DNA of 32,000 nt. It comes from Psychrobacter sp. DM4. Its GTDB lineage: Bacteria > Pseudomonadota > Gammaproteobacteria > Pseudomonadales > Moraxellaceae. Where the stretch lies: NCBI RefSeq assembly GCF_051307035.1, contig NZ_CP195536.1, positions 240,001-272,000 on the forward strand. The letters are read 5' to 3'. This document shows positions 10,469 to 20,670 of the stretch, piece after piece. The position numbers and the translations under genes are program-made. How positions within the stretch are numbered: position 1 is the first letter of the stretch; each line of letters opens with the position of its first letter. The notes under the pieces are model-generated. The model worked only from the letters and a program-made list of their open reading frames with translations. It did no database searches and had not been told where the DNA came from.

Positions 10469-11674
10469 ATGGCTGTGTTAAAAACTCTATTCAAATGGAT
10501 CGTTTTACCTATTGTCGCGCTACTCATCGTTGTCAGTTTAGGCTTAGCAGCGACTGGCAATGCTTATATCTTCCGTGGTCTACAGCTGACTTATCTCAAA
10601 GGTGAAGCGACTGCCAATATCGATGATTATATCGATTTTGATAACCGTACGATTCGCGCCAAAGACCCAATCACTTGGGAAAAAGATGCCAATTTTGAGC
10701 AAGTCAAACTCACGCCCACTTTGCAAAGTGCCTTAGATACGGATGAGACCGTCGCCTTTGCGATTATCAAAGATGGCAAGCTCATGTATGAGAACTACTG
10801 GCAAGGCTACGGTAGCGACTCGCATACCAACAGCTTCTCTATCGCAAAAAGTGTCGTGACGATGCTGTATCTCAAAGCCGTAGAGGACGGTTATATAGGT
10901 AGTATTGATGAGCCGATTACTAGGTGGCTACCAGAATATGCGGATAGTCAATACGCACAGAGATGTACCCTTGCCGATTTATCAGCGATGACCTCAGGCT
11001 ATGATTGGACGGAGGATTATTACTTCCCTATTAACCCGACCGCTGAATCTTATTACGGCCATGATTTGGTCAAGCAAATGGTCAGTCGTGATTTTGTTGA
11101 GCCTTGCGGTGGTCAGTTCGAATACTCGTCAGGCGATACGCAAATGCTAGGTATCGCATTATCGAGAGCGTTAGAAGCTCATGGCTACACTATCTCTAGT
11201 TACCTACAAGAGAAGTTTTGGCAGCCCCTTGGGATGCAAGGCGACGCCTATTGGTCGCTCGATGGCGCTGAGAATATTGAAAAGGTCTATTGCTGTCTCA
11301 ATGCCAGTGCGCTCGACTTTGCTAAATTTGGGCAGTTATTATTAAATGGTGGCGAGTGGCAAGGAGAGCAATTACTGAGCAAAGAGCACGTTAATTTTAT
11401 GATTACGCCCAATACAGCCGCATTCCCAGACGGTCAGGCGCCAATCTACGGACACTCGGTGTGGACGGATATGGATAGTCCAATTCCGTTTTATGCGATG
11501 CTGGGTCATTTGGGGCAGCGCGTACTAGTGTTACCAGAAGAGAATATAGTTATCGTGAGACTTGGCAAGCAAAAGGGAAAACCTGTGCCAATAGAGGGCT
11601 TTCATTTAGAGCCTGATTTGGGTCAATATGTGACCGAGGTTAAGGCTATGATTGATGAGCTGACGGTGGAGTAG
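10469..11674 (+). CDS. membrane-anchored serine hydrolase (beta-lactamase/PBP-related family)
   Basis: 401-aa ORF with an N-terminal TM helix, an S-x-x-K nucleophile motif (SFSIAKS) and overall class-C beta-lactamase-like composition. Confidence 0.85.
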   Translation: MAVLKTLFKWIVLPIVALLIVVSLGLAATGNAYIFRGLQLTYLKGEATANIDDYIDFDNRTIRAKDPITWEKDANFEQVKLTPTLQSALDTDETVAFAIIKDGKLMYENYWQGYGSDSHTNSFSIAKSVVTMLYLKAVEDGYIGSIDEPITRWLPEYADSQYAQRCTLADLSAMTSGYDWTEDYYFPINPTAESYYGHDLVKQMVSRDFVEPCGGQFEYSSGDTQMLGIALSRALEAHGYTISSYLQEKFWQPLGMQGDAYWSLDGAENIEKVYCCLNASALDFAKFGQLLLNGGEWQGEQLLSKEHVNFMITPNTAAFPDGQAPIYGHSVWTDMDSPIPFYAMLGHLGQRVLVLPEENIVIVRLGKQKGKPVPIEGFHLEPDLGQYVTEVKAMIDELTVE

Positions 11675-11720
11675 TTTTAGGGCTACATCGTAGCGCAAAG
11701 GCTTTGTTCGTTTCTAAAAA

Positions 11721-11760
11721 AAGACGTTTGATGAATACTATTATCAAGCGTCTTTTTTTT
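11721..11760 (+). terminator. rho-independent terminator after the serine hydrolase gene
   Basis: 12-bp stem aagacgtttgat / atcaagcgtctt (one G-U), followed by T8. Confidence 0.7.
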
Positions 11761-12029
11761 GCTAAAACCATGTTTCATAGTTAAGATTAACTTTATTAAA
11801 CAGTAGAATTGATAAATTATAATTGAATATACAGTCTTATTCTCCATAATATAGTTCAACAGCCAATGAGATGTCTTACTTACCCGTTGTATTATTCAAC
11901 CGTAAGTATAGATACATTTTATTTACTCAATGACTCATAAACTTTTCAGAGTCAGTAGCAGATTACTTTATAGTACTGAATCTACAGTATTGAACATTTA
12001 TTTATAACAACAATCAAGGCACTTCTATT

Positions 12030-13142
12030 ATGGCACATGATAATCTATTTGAACCCGTAAAAATGGGCACCCAAACTCTAAAAAACCGCATTATTATGGC
12101 ACCCCTCACGCGTCTGCGTGCGGTTGAGCCAGGCGATGTACCAACGGCTTTGGCTGGTGAATATTACTCGCAGCGCGCTGCTGGTGCAGGTCTTGTGATT
12201 GCAGAGGCAACGCAAGTGTCGTTTCAGGCCAAAGGGTACGCAGGCGCACCAGGTGTGCACACTCAAGATCAGATGACGGCGTGGAAAGCTATCGTCGACA
12301 ACGTCCATGCCAAAGGCGGCAAGATCGTCGTTCAGCTATGGCATACCGGCCTTGTATCGCATGATAGCGTACAACCCGATGGCAAAGCGCCAATATCAGC
12401 ATCAGATGTAGAAGTCGGCGCTCGTACATCATTGCGTGACAGCGATAATCAAGCGATCCGCGTTGAGACGACGCCGCCACGTCCAGCGACGCTCGATGAA
12501 ATTGAGCAAGTTGTCAAAGATTTTGCTCACGCGACCAAAACAGCACGTGAAGCAGGATTTGATGGGGTAGAAGTACATGGCGCTCATGGCTATCTATTGC
12601 ATCAGTTTTGGGTTGAGCAAACCAACAAGCGTGAGGATGAATATGGCGGTAGTCGTGAGAACCGCGCGCGCTTGACCTTGGATATCATTGACGCTTGTGT
12701 TGAAGTGTGGGACAACGATCATGTGGGTGTTAGACTCTCGCCACAAGGGACGTTTAACGCAGTAGAAGCGGGCTATGATGAAGATGACAATATTTGGATA
12801 ATTGAGCAAATAAACAAGCGCGATTTGATGTATCTTCACTTGTCTGAGCCAGATTGGGCAGGTGGCACGCCTTATAATGACGGTTTCCGTCAGCGCATTC
12901 GTGAGGCTTTTGACAATATGATTATTGCCGCTGGTGGTTACGATGCCAAAAAAGCAGAAAGAAACGTGCGCGAAGGCTACATCGATGCTGCCGCTTTTGG
13001 TCGTGATTTTATCGCTAATCCTGATCTAGCGGATCGTATCCGCCAAGATGCGCCGCTCAATGAGCAGCATCCAGAGAGCTTCTACGGTGGCGGCGCTGAG
13101 GGTTATACGGACTATCCGTATTTGGATCAAAAACAAGCCTAA
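12030..13142 (+). CDS. nemA: N-ethylmaleimide reductase-like alkene reductase (Old Yellow Enzyme family)
   Basis: 370-aa ORF that is co-linear with E. coli NemA along its whole length. Shared segments include MAPLTRLR, AKGYAGAPG, IRVETTPPR, HGAHGYLLHQF, SEPDWAGG and ESFYGGGAEGYTDYP. Confidence 0.9.
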   Translation: MAHDNLFEPVKMGTQTLKNRIIMAPLTRLRAVEPGDVPTALAGEYYSQRAAGAGLVIAEATQVSFQAKGYAGAPGVHTQDQMTAWKAIVDNVHAKGGKIVVQLWHTGLVSHDSVQPDGKAPISASDVEVGARTSLRDSDNQAIRVETTPPRPATLDEIEQVVKDFAHATKTAREAGFDGVEVHGAHGYLLHQFWVEQTNKREDEYGGSRENRARLTLDIIDACVEVWDNDHVGVRLSPQGTFNAVEAGYDEDDNIWIIEQINKRDLMYLHLSEPDWAGGTPYNDGFRQRIREAFDNMIIAAGGYDAKKAERNVREGYIDAAAFGRDFIANPDLADRIRQDAPLNEQHPESFYGGGAEGYTDYPYLDQKQA

Positions 13143-13163
13143 GTTTTAATAGATTGAGACAGT

Positions 13164-13200
13164 AAAAGCCGCCTTACTATAATAGTAAGGCGGCTTTTTT
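13164..13200. terminator. bidirectional terminator between nemA (+) and the lipoprotein gene (-)
   Basis: Perfect stem aaaagccgccttact / agtaaggcggctttt, flanked by an A-run on the left and a T-run on the right. Confidence 0.75.
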
Positions 13201-13229
13201 AACGTCAAAAACTAGCCATTCAAAATAGT

Positions 13230-14846
13230 TTAGGGGGCAACGCAGTAACGAGGAGTAGATTCGACAACTTCAAACGTATCCAATGCCTCATCATCTGTCA
13301 GCCATCGATTTACAGATTCATAAGTGATATTACAGCGTTCATCAACGACTAAGTCAAAAGAATACCAAAATATACTATCGATATTATTGTCATTCAATGT
13401 CGGTGTCAGCGTACGACTACGAATAGTCGGACCAGTTAAGAATACGTTAACAGGAGAGTTTTTGAGTCCCGGGTTCTTTGTTTCGCTAAAATTCTCAACA
13501 CCATAACGATAGCGTCCGATCATTAAATTACGTACGGTTATAAATTCGGGACCGAAGCTATCAGTATCATCGATATCTAAATTGGCGAATGGTGCTGCAC
13601 TCAACCTACCTTCATTACCGAAAAAAATATGATCTCCAGAAGGCGTTAGTAAATGTGAGTCCACATCCTCTGGCTGCGCGCCCCAAGTTAGGCGAATGGA
13701 TAGATTATCGTTCTCTGTGCTAACCGTTAAGCAACCATCAGTAATACGGTAGTTACCGTTTGCGGTAACGATAGATTTGGCATTAGACGTACGGTTGCCA
13801 TTTTGAGCAAGAACTAGCATTTTACTGTCACGGCGTACTGGTAATGAGAAATCACCATTACTATTAGTTGCCGCAGTAGTAATAGCAGAATAGTTGATAC
13901 CGTCGCCTTTTACTAGCGCATTATTAATTCGAACGCCGTCAGTATCTGCAACACAACCGATAACATTGATAGTATCCATAGCGACATCAACGTTCCAAGC
14001 TCCTATTTCATCGACATCAGCAGTATAAACCTGTGTACCGTCAACCAAAGTTTGTAATCTTGCCGTACTGGTTTGAACCCAACCTTGCTGTAGAGCATTA
14101 TAAAAGAACAAAGGTAACTGCGCTTGTAAAGGTGCTAAGCTTCTAGTTGATACAGGAATGACCAATGACGCCATATTACCTTCTACTAGTACTAGATTAT
14201 TATTGTCCTCATCTTGAGCGGTAATAATGAGTGCGCCCCAGCTCTCCATAAAGCCGCCGCCCACGATACCGTATCCTCCTGGCATCTCTTCTGAATCAAC
14301 GCTTGGCGTTACGACATCCATACTAACAGTGACCTTACCTACGATAGGTTGTCCATCAGCACGTTGTAAGGCATTGGCAGGAATGCGTACTTGTGCGCCC
14401 AAATCTTCAACCACTAAGTTAAATGCTTCAGAGGCAATTTGAGTCACTGACACAATAGTAGGGTCGTTGTTGAGCTGATACTCTACTTCTAGTACGGTAC
14501 TATTAGATACCGATGTTGTAAAGGTACGCTCTGGATATCCTTCAGCAGTAATGAGTAAAGTTACCGCTTCGCCTATTTTCAGGTTATCAAGTTGAAAATT
14601 GCCATTAGCATCACTGGTGTATTGCTGTCCTGCTACAGTAATCATAGCGTTTACTATCGGCTCTAGGCTTATTTGATCGACTACGGTTCCTAATAGGTTT
14701 CCTGTAGTCTCACTAGGATTGGTTGGATTATTTACGTTAGGAGTTGTGTTTGAGTTACTGTTTGAATCATCGTTACAGCCTACTAGTACTAGGGCTGCCG
14801 TGATACCTATAGCAAGTATACGATGAGATTTATTTTTCTGAAGCAT
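13230..14846 (-). CDS. large lipoprotein with carboxypeptidase-regulatory-like beta-sandwich domain(s) and a D-rich C-terminal domain
   Basis: 538-aa ORF with signal peptide plus lipobox LVGC and an N/S/T-rich linker. The segment GTVVDQISLEPIVNAMITVAGQQYTSDANGNFQLDNL is typical of CarboxypepD_reg-like folds. The C-terminal EDVDSHLLTPSGDHIFFGN...NLDIDDTDSFGPEFITV resembles what I recall of the YfaP/DUF2135 pattern (DLDLH...GYGPEE). That resemblance is not verified. Confidence 0.8.
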   Translation of the reverse strand: MLQKNKSHRILAIGITAALVLVGCNDDSNSNSNTTPNVNNPTNPSETTGNLLGTVVDQISLEPIVNAMITVAGQQYTSDANGNFQLDNLKIGEAVTLLITAEGYPERTFTTSVSNSTVLEVEYQLNNDPTIVSVTQIASEAFNLVVEDLGAQVRIPANALQRADGQPIVGKVTVSMDVVTPSVDSEEMPGGYGIVGGGFMESWGALIITAQDEDNNNLVLVEGNMASLVIPVSTRSLAPLQAQLPLFFYNALQQGWVQTSTARLQTLVDGTQVYTADVDEIGAWNVDVAMDTINVIGCVADTDGVRINNALVKGDGINYSAITTAATNSNGDFSLPVRRDSKMLVLAQNGNRTSNAKSIVTANGNYRITDGCLTVSTENDNLSIRLTWGAQPEDVDSHLLTPSGDHIFFGNEGRLSAAPFANLDIDDTDSFGPEFITVRNLMIGRYRYGVENFSETKNPGLKNSPVNVFLTGPTIRSRTLTPTLNDNNIDSIFWYSFDLVVDERCNITYESVNRWLTDDEALDTFEVVESTPRYCVAP

Positions 14847-15002
14847 AAAAGTCTCTTTGTGGTAGTTGTCGTCAGATCGAACAGCTGATGGTAAAAATAA
14901 ATACTAAATTTAGCGAACAAATGTTATATTAACATAGCGTAAACAATTGAGAAACAAACTTTTGTGGAAGGTACAGTTTTCTGATTCAGAAACTAAGTCG
15001 AC

Positions 15003-15037
15003 AAAAAGCCGCCTTATAACAATAAGGCGGCTTTTTT
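15003..15037. terminator. bidirectional hairpin terminator downstream of the pirin gene (-)
   Basis: Stem aaaagccgcctta / taaggcggctttt with an A-run and a T-run. It is nearly identical in sequence to the hairpin at 13164-13200. Confidence 0.75.
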
Positions 15038-15074
15038 ATATTAGTAACGTTTATTAATCAGAAACCACTATCAG

Positions 15075-16022
15075 CTAAATAAAATTCCCCGTTTGATAAT
15101 CATGAAAGGTTTGCTTGATCTCAGCCTGCGTGTTCATAACAAATGGGCCATAACCTGCTACGGGCTCACCGATAGGCTCACCGCTCATAAGCAAGAGTTT
15201 GGCAGGCACCAAATTACTATCGTTGTTTTTGTTATTATCGCTTACTTGATAAGTTAAGGTAATCGCATCCGTAGCGCTCCGTCCCTGTTCATTAGCCTCA
15301 GCGAACTGAACCAGCTTGCCGGCATCAACTAGCATGCCATTGATAAGTAGCTCTCCTTGTTGCACTAGTATCATAACGTTATGGGTGCTTGGCACGTGTA
15401 GCGTGGTTGAGCCCTCGCTATCTAACTCGATGTCCCACAAATTAATCGGCGTAAAGGTGGAGGCAATACCCGCTTCCCCTTGCAAGTCACCTGCGATAAT
15501 AGCGGCTCTACCAACTGATTTATCACTGCTGCTGGTTAGCTGAACAACCGCCATATCATCGCGTTTAAGCGTCTGATATTTGGCATCAGTGAGCTTGTGT
15601 TTTTTGGGCAAATTAACCCACAGCTGCACCATACTAAAGACGCCGCCATTTTGTCCAAAATTTGGCGAGTGAAACTCTTCGTGAATAATACCGCGACCTG
15701 CGGTCATCCATTGCACATCACCTTTTAGGATATCACCGCGTCCACCAGTTGAATCTGCATGGCTAATCTCGCCATCATAAGCGATAGTTACTGTCTCAAA
15801 ACCTTTGTGCGGATGCTGACCGACACCATGTGGCTCACTTTCGTAATTTGGATTGGGCGCAAAGTCCATAGGCTCGCTATAATCGAGCATCAAAAACGGA
15901 TCGCTATGCGCGTAATTGAAGTCAGGTGTACCGTTGGCGTAATTAATAAAGGGCTTCACGTAAAAGCCATCACCAACCCAGTGAGAAGGTTTGTCACCGT
16001 GAATGTGTTGAATTTGACGCAT
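15075..16022 (-). CDS. pirin-family protein (bicupin; quercetinase-like)
   Basis: 315-aa ORF with the pirin metal-binding motif HPHKGFETVTIAYDGEISHADSTG, WMTAGRGIIHEE and the C-terminal pirin domain. Confidence 0.9.
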   Translation of the reverse strand: MRQIQHIHGDKPSHWVGDGFYVKPFINYANGTPDFNYAHSDPFLMLDYSEPMDFAPNPNYESEPHGVGQHPHKGFETVTIAYDGEISHADSTGGRGDILKGDVQWMTAGRGIIHEEFHSPNFGQNGGVFSMVQLWVNLPKKHKLTDAKYQTLKRDDMAVVQLTSSSDKSVGRAAIIAGDLQGEAGIASTFTPINLWDIELDSEGSTTLHVPSTHNVMILVQQGELLINGMLVDAGKLVQFAEANEQGRSATDAITLTYQVSDNNKNNDSNLVPAKLLLMSGEPIGEPVAGYGPFVMNTQAEIKQTFHDYQTGNFI

Positions 16023-16143
16023 ATGTCGCCTCGTAGTTATAGTTAATTACGATATTATCAAACCATTATTATTAATAATATCTACATCTATGAGTTGATA
16101 TATAGTGTATATCTACACGGTTATCAAGGGTGAATATACTTAA

Positions 16144-17448
16144 TTAAACCACTTTACCGCAGACAAAACCACTGGCCCACGCCCATTGAAAGTTGTAACC
16201 GCCAAGCCAGCCTGTGACATCGAGCACCTCACCGATAAAGTATAGATCTTTTTGCAATCGACTTTGCATGGTTTTAGAGGATACCTCATCCGTCTTAATA
16301 CCGCCGCGTGTCGCCTCAGCAGTGCGATAGCCTTCGGTGCCTGAGGGTTTGAGCTGCCAGCCATTGATAGCATCTCCAAGCTCGCTTAAGCGCTCATCTT
16401 TTATATTAGCAATCTCGATATCTTTAATATTATCCCACAATGTTGATTGCAAAGCCGCGAGTAGCTTTTTAGGTAAAGCATTATCGGTATGCTCAGACAA
16501 AACCGTACGGATAAGCTGTTTGGGATGAGACTTTTTATGCAAGAGGAGTAGGGCTGCGACATCGATATCAGGCAGCAGATCAATGTGGATATTCTCGCCC
16601 GTCTGCCAGTAGTTGGATAGCTGGAGCATAGCAGGACCAGACAGACCGCGATGAGTAAACAGCAGCGGGAGTTTGAATGAGGTGCGCTCATTACGGGCAA
16701 CGACAGGGAGACTAATACCAGCTAAAGCTCGGATAAGCTCGCCCGTTTGATCTGTAAAGGTAAAGGGCACAAGGCTTGCATCAGTCATTACTAACGTATG
16801 ACCAAATTGCTGCGCCAGCTCGTAGCCCAGACCACTTGCGCCCATCGTTGGAATAGATAGACCACCGGTTGCCACCACTAGCGACTCACAGCTATAGTTA
16901 TTAGATGAGGGCTTGACGTCATTAGCGATATCTTTTTTACTGAGTTTTCTGCTAGTCGATAGCGCAAAGTTTTTGTGCCTGTCATCAGTGACGACTACTT
17001 TATCGATCTGAGTATTAATACGGATTTGCACCCCTGCCGCCGCGCATTCATCAAGTAACATAGTGACGATATCTTGCGCAGAATCATCGCAGAATAGCTG
17101 ACCGTGCTCACGCTCATGATAAGCGATATTATGCGCCTCAACCATGCCAATAAATTCCCAACTGGGATAACGGCTCAGTGCTGACTTGCAAAAGTGTGGA
17201 TTGTCACTGACGAAGTGCTCAGGCTCAACGAAATAATTGGTAAAGTTGCAACGACCACCGCCCGACATGAGGATTTTTTTGCCGACCTTGTTGGCATGAT
17301 CGAGCACCAGTACCCGGCGACCTTGGCGACCAGCGGTAAGCGCGCAGTATAAGCCTGAGGCACCAGCGCCAATAATAATGACATCGAATTGATGATCTAA
17401 TTTAACTGTTGGCGCTTGGCTTGGTGCTTGGCTTGGTGTTTGACTCAT
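16144..17448 (-). CDS. HI0933/YhiN (BaiN-like) NAD(P)/FAD-dependent oxidoreductase
   Basis: 434-aa ORF with FDVIIIGAGASGL followed by MSGGGRCNFTN, the hallmark of the HI0933-like flavoprotein family. Confidence 0.9.
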   Translation of the reverse strand: MSQTPSQAPSQAPTVKLDHQFDVIIIGAGASGLYCALTAGRQGRRVLVLDHANKVGKKILMSGGGRCNFTNYFVEPEHFVSDNPHFCKSALSRYPSWEFIGMVEAHNIAYHEREHGQLFCDDSAQDIVTMLLDECAAAGVQIRINTQIDKVVVTDDRHKNFALSTSRKLSKKDIANDVKPSSNNYSCESLVVATGGLSIPTMGASGLGYELAQQFGHTLVMTDASLVPFTFTDQTGELIRALAGISLPVVARNERTSFKLPLLFTHRGLSGPAMLQLSNYWQTGENIHIDLLPDIDVAALLLLHKKSHPKQLIRTVLSEHTDNALPKKLLAALQSTLWDNIKDIEIANIKDERLSELGDAINGWQLKPSGTEGYRTAEATRGGIKTDEVSSKTMQSRLQKDLYFIGEVLDVTGWLGGYNFQWAWASGFVCGKVV

Positions 17449-17880
17449 GATGATAACTTCTAGAATAGAGATAGATAAAAATAGGGGTAGATCAATAGTA
17501 CAGAGGGGTCAAATTATATCACGGTAATCATCGGTACGTTTTGGAGTGATTGCTTTAAGTAACGCGCGTTTAAAGCGATAAAAAGTCATGTCATGTCATG
17601 TTTGAGCGAGCTTTCTTTACTAATGTTGTATCGATCAATAACTCTATTAAATAAACTTGTATTCTTTGTGGACAATAATAATTGGTTACTATAAAGTGAA
17701 AGCAATAGAGTTAATTGTTAATACTACTGTTGCACGTTTATAGATCACAGTGAATTGATTTTCAAGTCATATTGATTCAAAAAAGTGACGCGCTATAAAA
17801 GTATTCATCAAAAAGCCAGCCAATCGAATGGCTTATTTAGGCAGAGTCACGGATGACGATGTTAAGACAAAAGGGAATTT

Positions 17881-18759
17881 ATGGATATCCTACAACTGCT
17901 CATTAGCGGGATTGCTAATGGTTGTATATATGGGCTGTTGGCACTAGGTTTTGTACTGATATACAAAGCATCTGAGGCCGTTAATTTTGCCCAAGGCGAT
18001 ATGCTCATGCTCGGTGCCTTTTTAGGCATAGCCTTTATCAATACCAATGAAGCCAACTTTCCTTTCTTATTAGGTATCACCTTTGCTGCCATCATTATGG
18101 GCGCATTTGGTTACTTACTTGATCGCTTTGTGCTGCGCGGTATATTTGGTCAACCGCAATTTGCGATGGTGATTCTTACGATCTCACTTGGATTCCTAAT
18201 GCGCTTTGTCGCCGGTGTCATCTGGGGGCATAGTCCTGTCTCACTACAGACGCCGTTTTCAGGCAAGATGATGGCATTAGGCTCGCTGAGTATCGCTTAT
18301 GTTGACATTATTATTATCGTATCTACCATCGTACTGACCTCCGTTTTATACTTCTTTTTTGCGCATACGCGGCTTGGCATTGCCATGCAAGCGAGTAGTC
18401 AAAACCAAATGGCTGCCTACTACATGGGTATTCCTGTGAAGCGCGTCAATGGTATCGTTTGGGCACTATCTGGTGTCGTTGCAGCACTCGCTGGTATCTT
18501 GTTTGCGGCAAAAGGCGCTATTGAGCCCTCTGTCGGATTACTGTTCGGTATCAAGGCCTTTGCCGCGGCAGTAATCGGCGGTCTAGGCTCTTTGCCTGGC
18601 GCCTTAGCAGGCGGATTGCTAGTCGGGGTTATAGAGCCCTTTGCAGGCCGTTATCTGCCGTTAGGCCTAAGTCAAATTGCACCTTATGTGGTTATGCTTA
18701 TTGTCTTAATCGTACGCCCAGGCGGTATCTTTTCTCAGGTCAAACAGAAAAAAGTATAG
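17881..18759 (+). CDS. HAAT-family ABC transporter permease (LivH-like)
   Basis: 292-aa polytopic ORF with a LivH-type N-terminus (LLISGIANGCIYGLLALGFVLIY). Confidence 0.9.
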   Translation: MDILQLLISGIANGCIYGLLALGFVLIYKASEAVNFAQGDMLMLGAFLGIAFINTNEANFPFLLGITFAAIIMGAFGYLLDRFVLRGIFGQPQFAMVILTISLGFLMRFVAGVIWGHSPVSLQTPFSGKMMALGSLSIAYVDIIIIVSTIVLTSVLYFFFAHTRLGIAMQASSQNQMAAYYMGIPVKRVNGIVWALSGVVAALAGILFAAKGAIEPSVGLLFGIKAFAAAVIGGLGSLPGALAGGLLVGVIEPFAGRYLPLGLSQIAPYVVMLIVLIVRPGGIFSQVKQKKV

Positions 18760-18808
18760 ACGCTTTGAGTCAAGGATGACTAAAATATTTCAAGGATGAG
18801 TACTGCCG

Positions 18809-19906
18809 ATGAAAGCCCAGTTTAAACACAGCTATGATCAAGATATTAATATCTTTGAGGACAAACGTGAGCTTATAAAGTATGGCTTGCTTCTCTTGCT
18901 CCTGCTAATGGCGCCTTGGTTACTGAGTAACTATTATATTAGTGAGCTGAGTGCCATATTGATTTGGTCCATCTCCGGACTCGGTCTAATGCTCTTAACG
19001 GGTCACACCGGACAGGTAAGCTTAGGTCACGCCGCCTTTATGGCAATTGGTGCCTTTAGCCACATGGCACTGATGGCTCGAGGGTGGAATTTTTTCCCTG
19101 CGTTAATTGCTTGTGCGCTCATTACTGGAGTTATCGGCGCTATTATTGCCAGACCGATCTTGAGAACGAGTGGTATCTATCTGGCTATCGCGACCTTGGC
19201 GCTTAGTATTATTGTCGAAGACGTCGCTATCGTAGCTGAGCCGATTACTGGCGGCATCAGCGGTACCTTTGCCTCTCCGATCAATCTCTTTGGCTATACT
19301 ATCGATCGCTACATTACCCCAAAGGCCTTTTATTACTTATGCCTTGCGCTCGTGGTGCTCGTCACCTTGGGGTATATCAACCTGCTTAGAAGCGGTACTG
19401 GTCGATCCTTCTTAGCTATTAGAGACAGCGAAGTCTCGGCGCGCGCTCTGGGTGTCAATGTACCGCAAGCCAAGACACTTGCCTTTAGTATATCTTGTGC
19501 GATTACCGCGATCGGCGGCGCTATGTACGGACATTTCGTGCAAGCGGTCAACTATGAGAGCTTTACCGTTATTATTTCTATAACCATTCTATTGCAGATT
19601 GTTATCGGGGGCCTAGGCTCTATACACGGTGCATTTTTCGGTGCCGTCGTCGTCGTCTTGTTACCGCAAGTGATTGCGATCTTAGGCGACGTCGTCGGTC
19701 AAAGCACTGGCGCTAGTATCACTAGTATCCCTGGTATTGATACCGCACTATTTGCTCTAGTCATTGTAATCATGATTATCTATGAGCCACGCGGCATGTA
19801 TGGTATCTGGATAAAAATACGTACTTGGTTTCAGATGTTTCCATTATATCGAAAAGGACTATTTCGCCGCTCCAAAACTTATCTAAAAACGGAGCGTATG
19901 CGATGA
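18809..19906 (+). CDS. HAAT-family ABC transporter permease (LivM-like)
   Basis: 365-aa polytopic ORF with the LivM-like core (LTGHTGQVSLGHAAFMAIGAF). Confidence 0.9.
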   Translation: MKAQFKHSYDQDINIFEDKRELIKYGLLLLLLLMAPWLLSNYYISELSAILIWSISGLGLMLLTGHTGQVSLGHAAFMAIGAFSHMALMARGWNFFPALIACALITGVIGAIIARPILRTSGIYLAIATLALSIIVEDVAIVAEPITGGISGTFASPINLFGYTIDRYITPKAFYYLCLALVVLVTLGYINLLRSGTGRSFLAIRDSEVSARALGVNVPQAKTLAFSISCAITAIGGAMYGHFVQAVNYESFTVIISITILLQIVIGGLGSIHGAFFGAVVVVLLPQVIAILGDVVGQSTGASITSIPGIDTALFALVIVIMIIYEPRGMYGIWIKIRTWFQMFPLYRKGLFRRSKTYLKTERMR

Positions 19907-20670
19907 GCTTATTACAAGTTGACTCCTTATCAATTGCTTTTGGCGGCGTCAAAGCCGTTGACAACATTAGCTTTGAGGTAAACGAGGGTGAGATATTTAC
20001 GATTGTAGGACCTAATGGCGCAGGCAAATCAACGATTTTTAACTTAATCAGCCGTCTTTATGAGCCGCTTAGTGGTCGCATTACCTTTGACGGCACTGAT
20101 ATTACGACACTGCCTGCTCACGATATCGCTAAATTGGGTATCGCCCGTACCTTTCAGAACATTGAGCTGTTCGATCATTCAAGCGTGTTACAAAACTTGC
20201 TGATCGGTCGTCATTCGCAGCGCAACACGTCTTGGATACAGGATATGCTGTTTTTGCCAAAAGTGCGCCGCAGTGAGCGCGAACATCGCTTGCATGTCGA
20301 GAAGATTATAGACTTTTTGGAGTTAGCGCCTTATCGAGACAAGCTTATAGCAGGTCTGCCTTATGGCATTAGAAAGGTTGTCGAGATTGCTCGTGCATTG
20401 GCCGCCAATCCAAAACTTATCTTACTCGATGAGCCCGCTTCAGGTCTGAGCGTTGAGGAGACCTCTGAGATGGCATGGTGGATTGAGGATATGCAAAAGG
20501 ATCTTGGTTTGACTATCTTGATGGTAGAGCATGACATGAGCCTTGTAAATCGAGTATCAGATCGAGTGTTGGCAGTTGCCGAAGGTAAGTTTTTGGCTCA
20601 GGGTACGGCAGCTGAGGTGCAAGCTAATCCACAGGTTATAGAGGCCTATCTTGGTCAGGAGAGTATCTGA
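19903..20670 (+). CDS. ABC transporter ATP-binding protein (LivG-like)
   Basis: Walker A GPNGAGKST, signature/Walker B LILLDEPASGLS, and the LivG-type insert. I place the start at MSLLQVDSL (19903), which forms an ATGA overlap with the LivM-like stop. The ORF-track start at 19825 lies inside the upstream gene. Confidence 0.9.
   Translation: MSLLQVDSLSIAFGGVKAVDNISFEVNEGEIFTIVGPNGAGKSTIFNLISRLYEPLSGRITFDGTDITTLPAHDIAKLGIARTFQNIELFDHSSVLQNLLIGRHSQRNTSWIQDMLFLPKVRRSEREHRLHVEKIIDFLELAPYRDKLIAGLPYGIRKVVEIARALAANPKLILLDEPASGLSVEETSEMAWWIEDMQKDLGLTILMVEHDMSLVNRVSDRVLAVAEGKFLAQGTAAEVQANPQVIEAYLGQESI

Noticed and set aside
19825-19902. 78-nt N-terminal extension of the LivG-like ORF given in the ORF track
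   Set aside because: The extension lies entirely inside the LivM-like coding region. The conserved ATPase N-terminus begins at MSLLQVDSL (19903), which forms a typical ATGA stop/start overlap.
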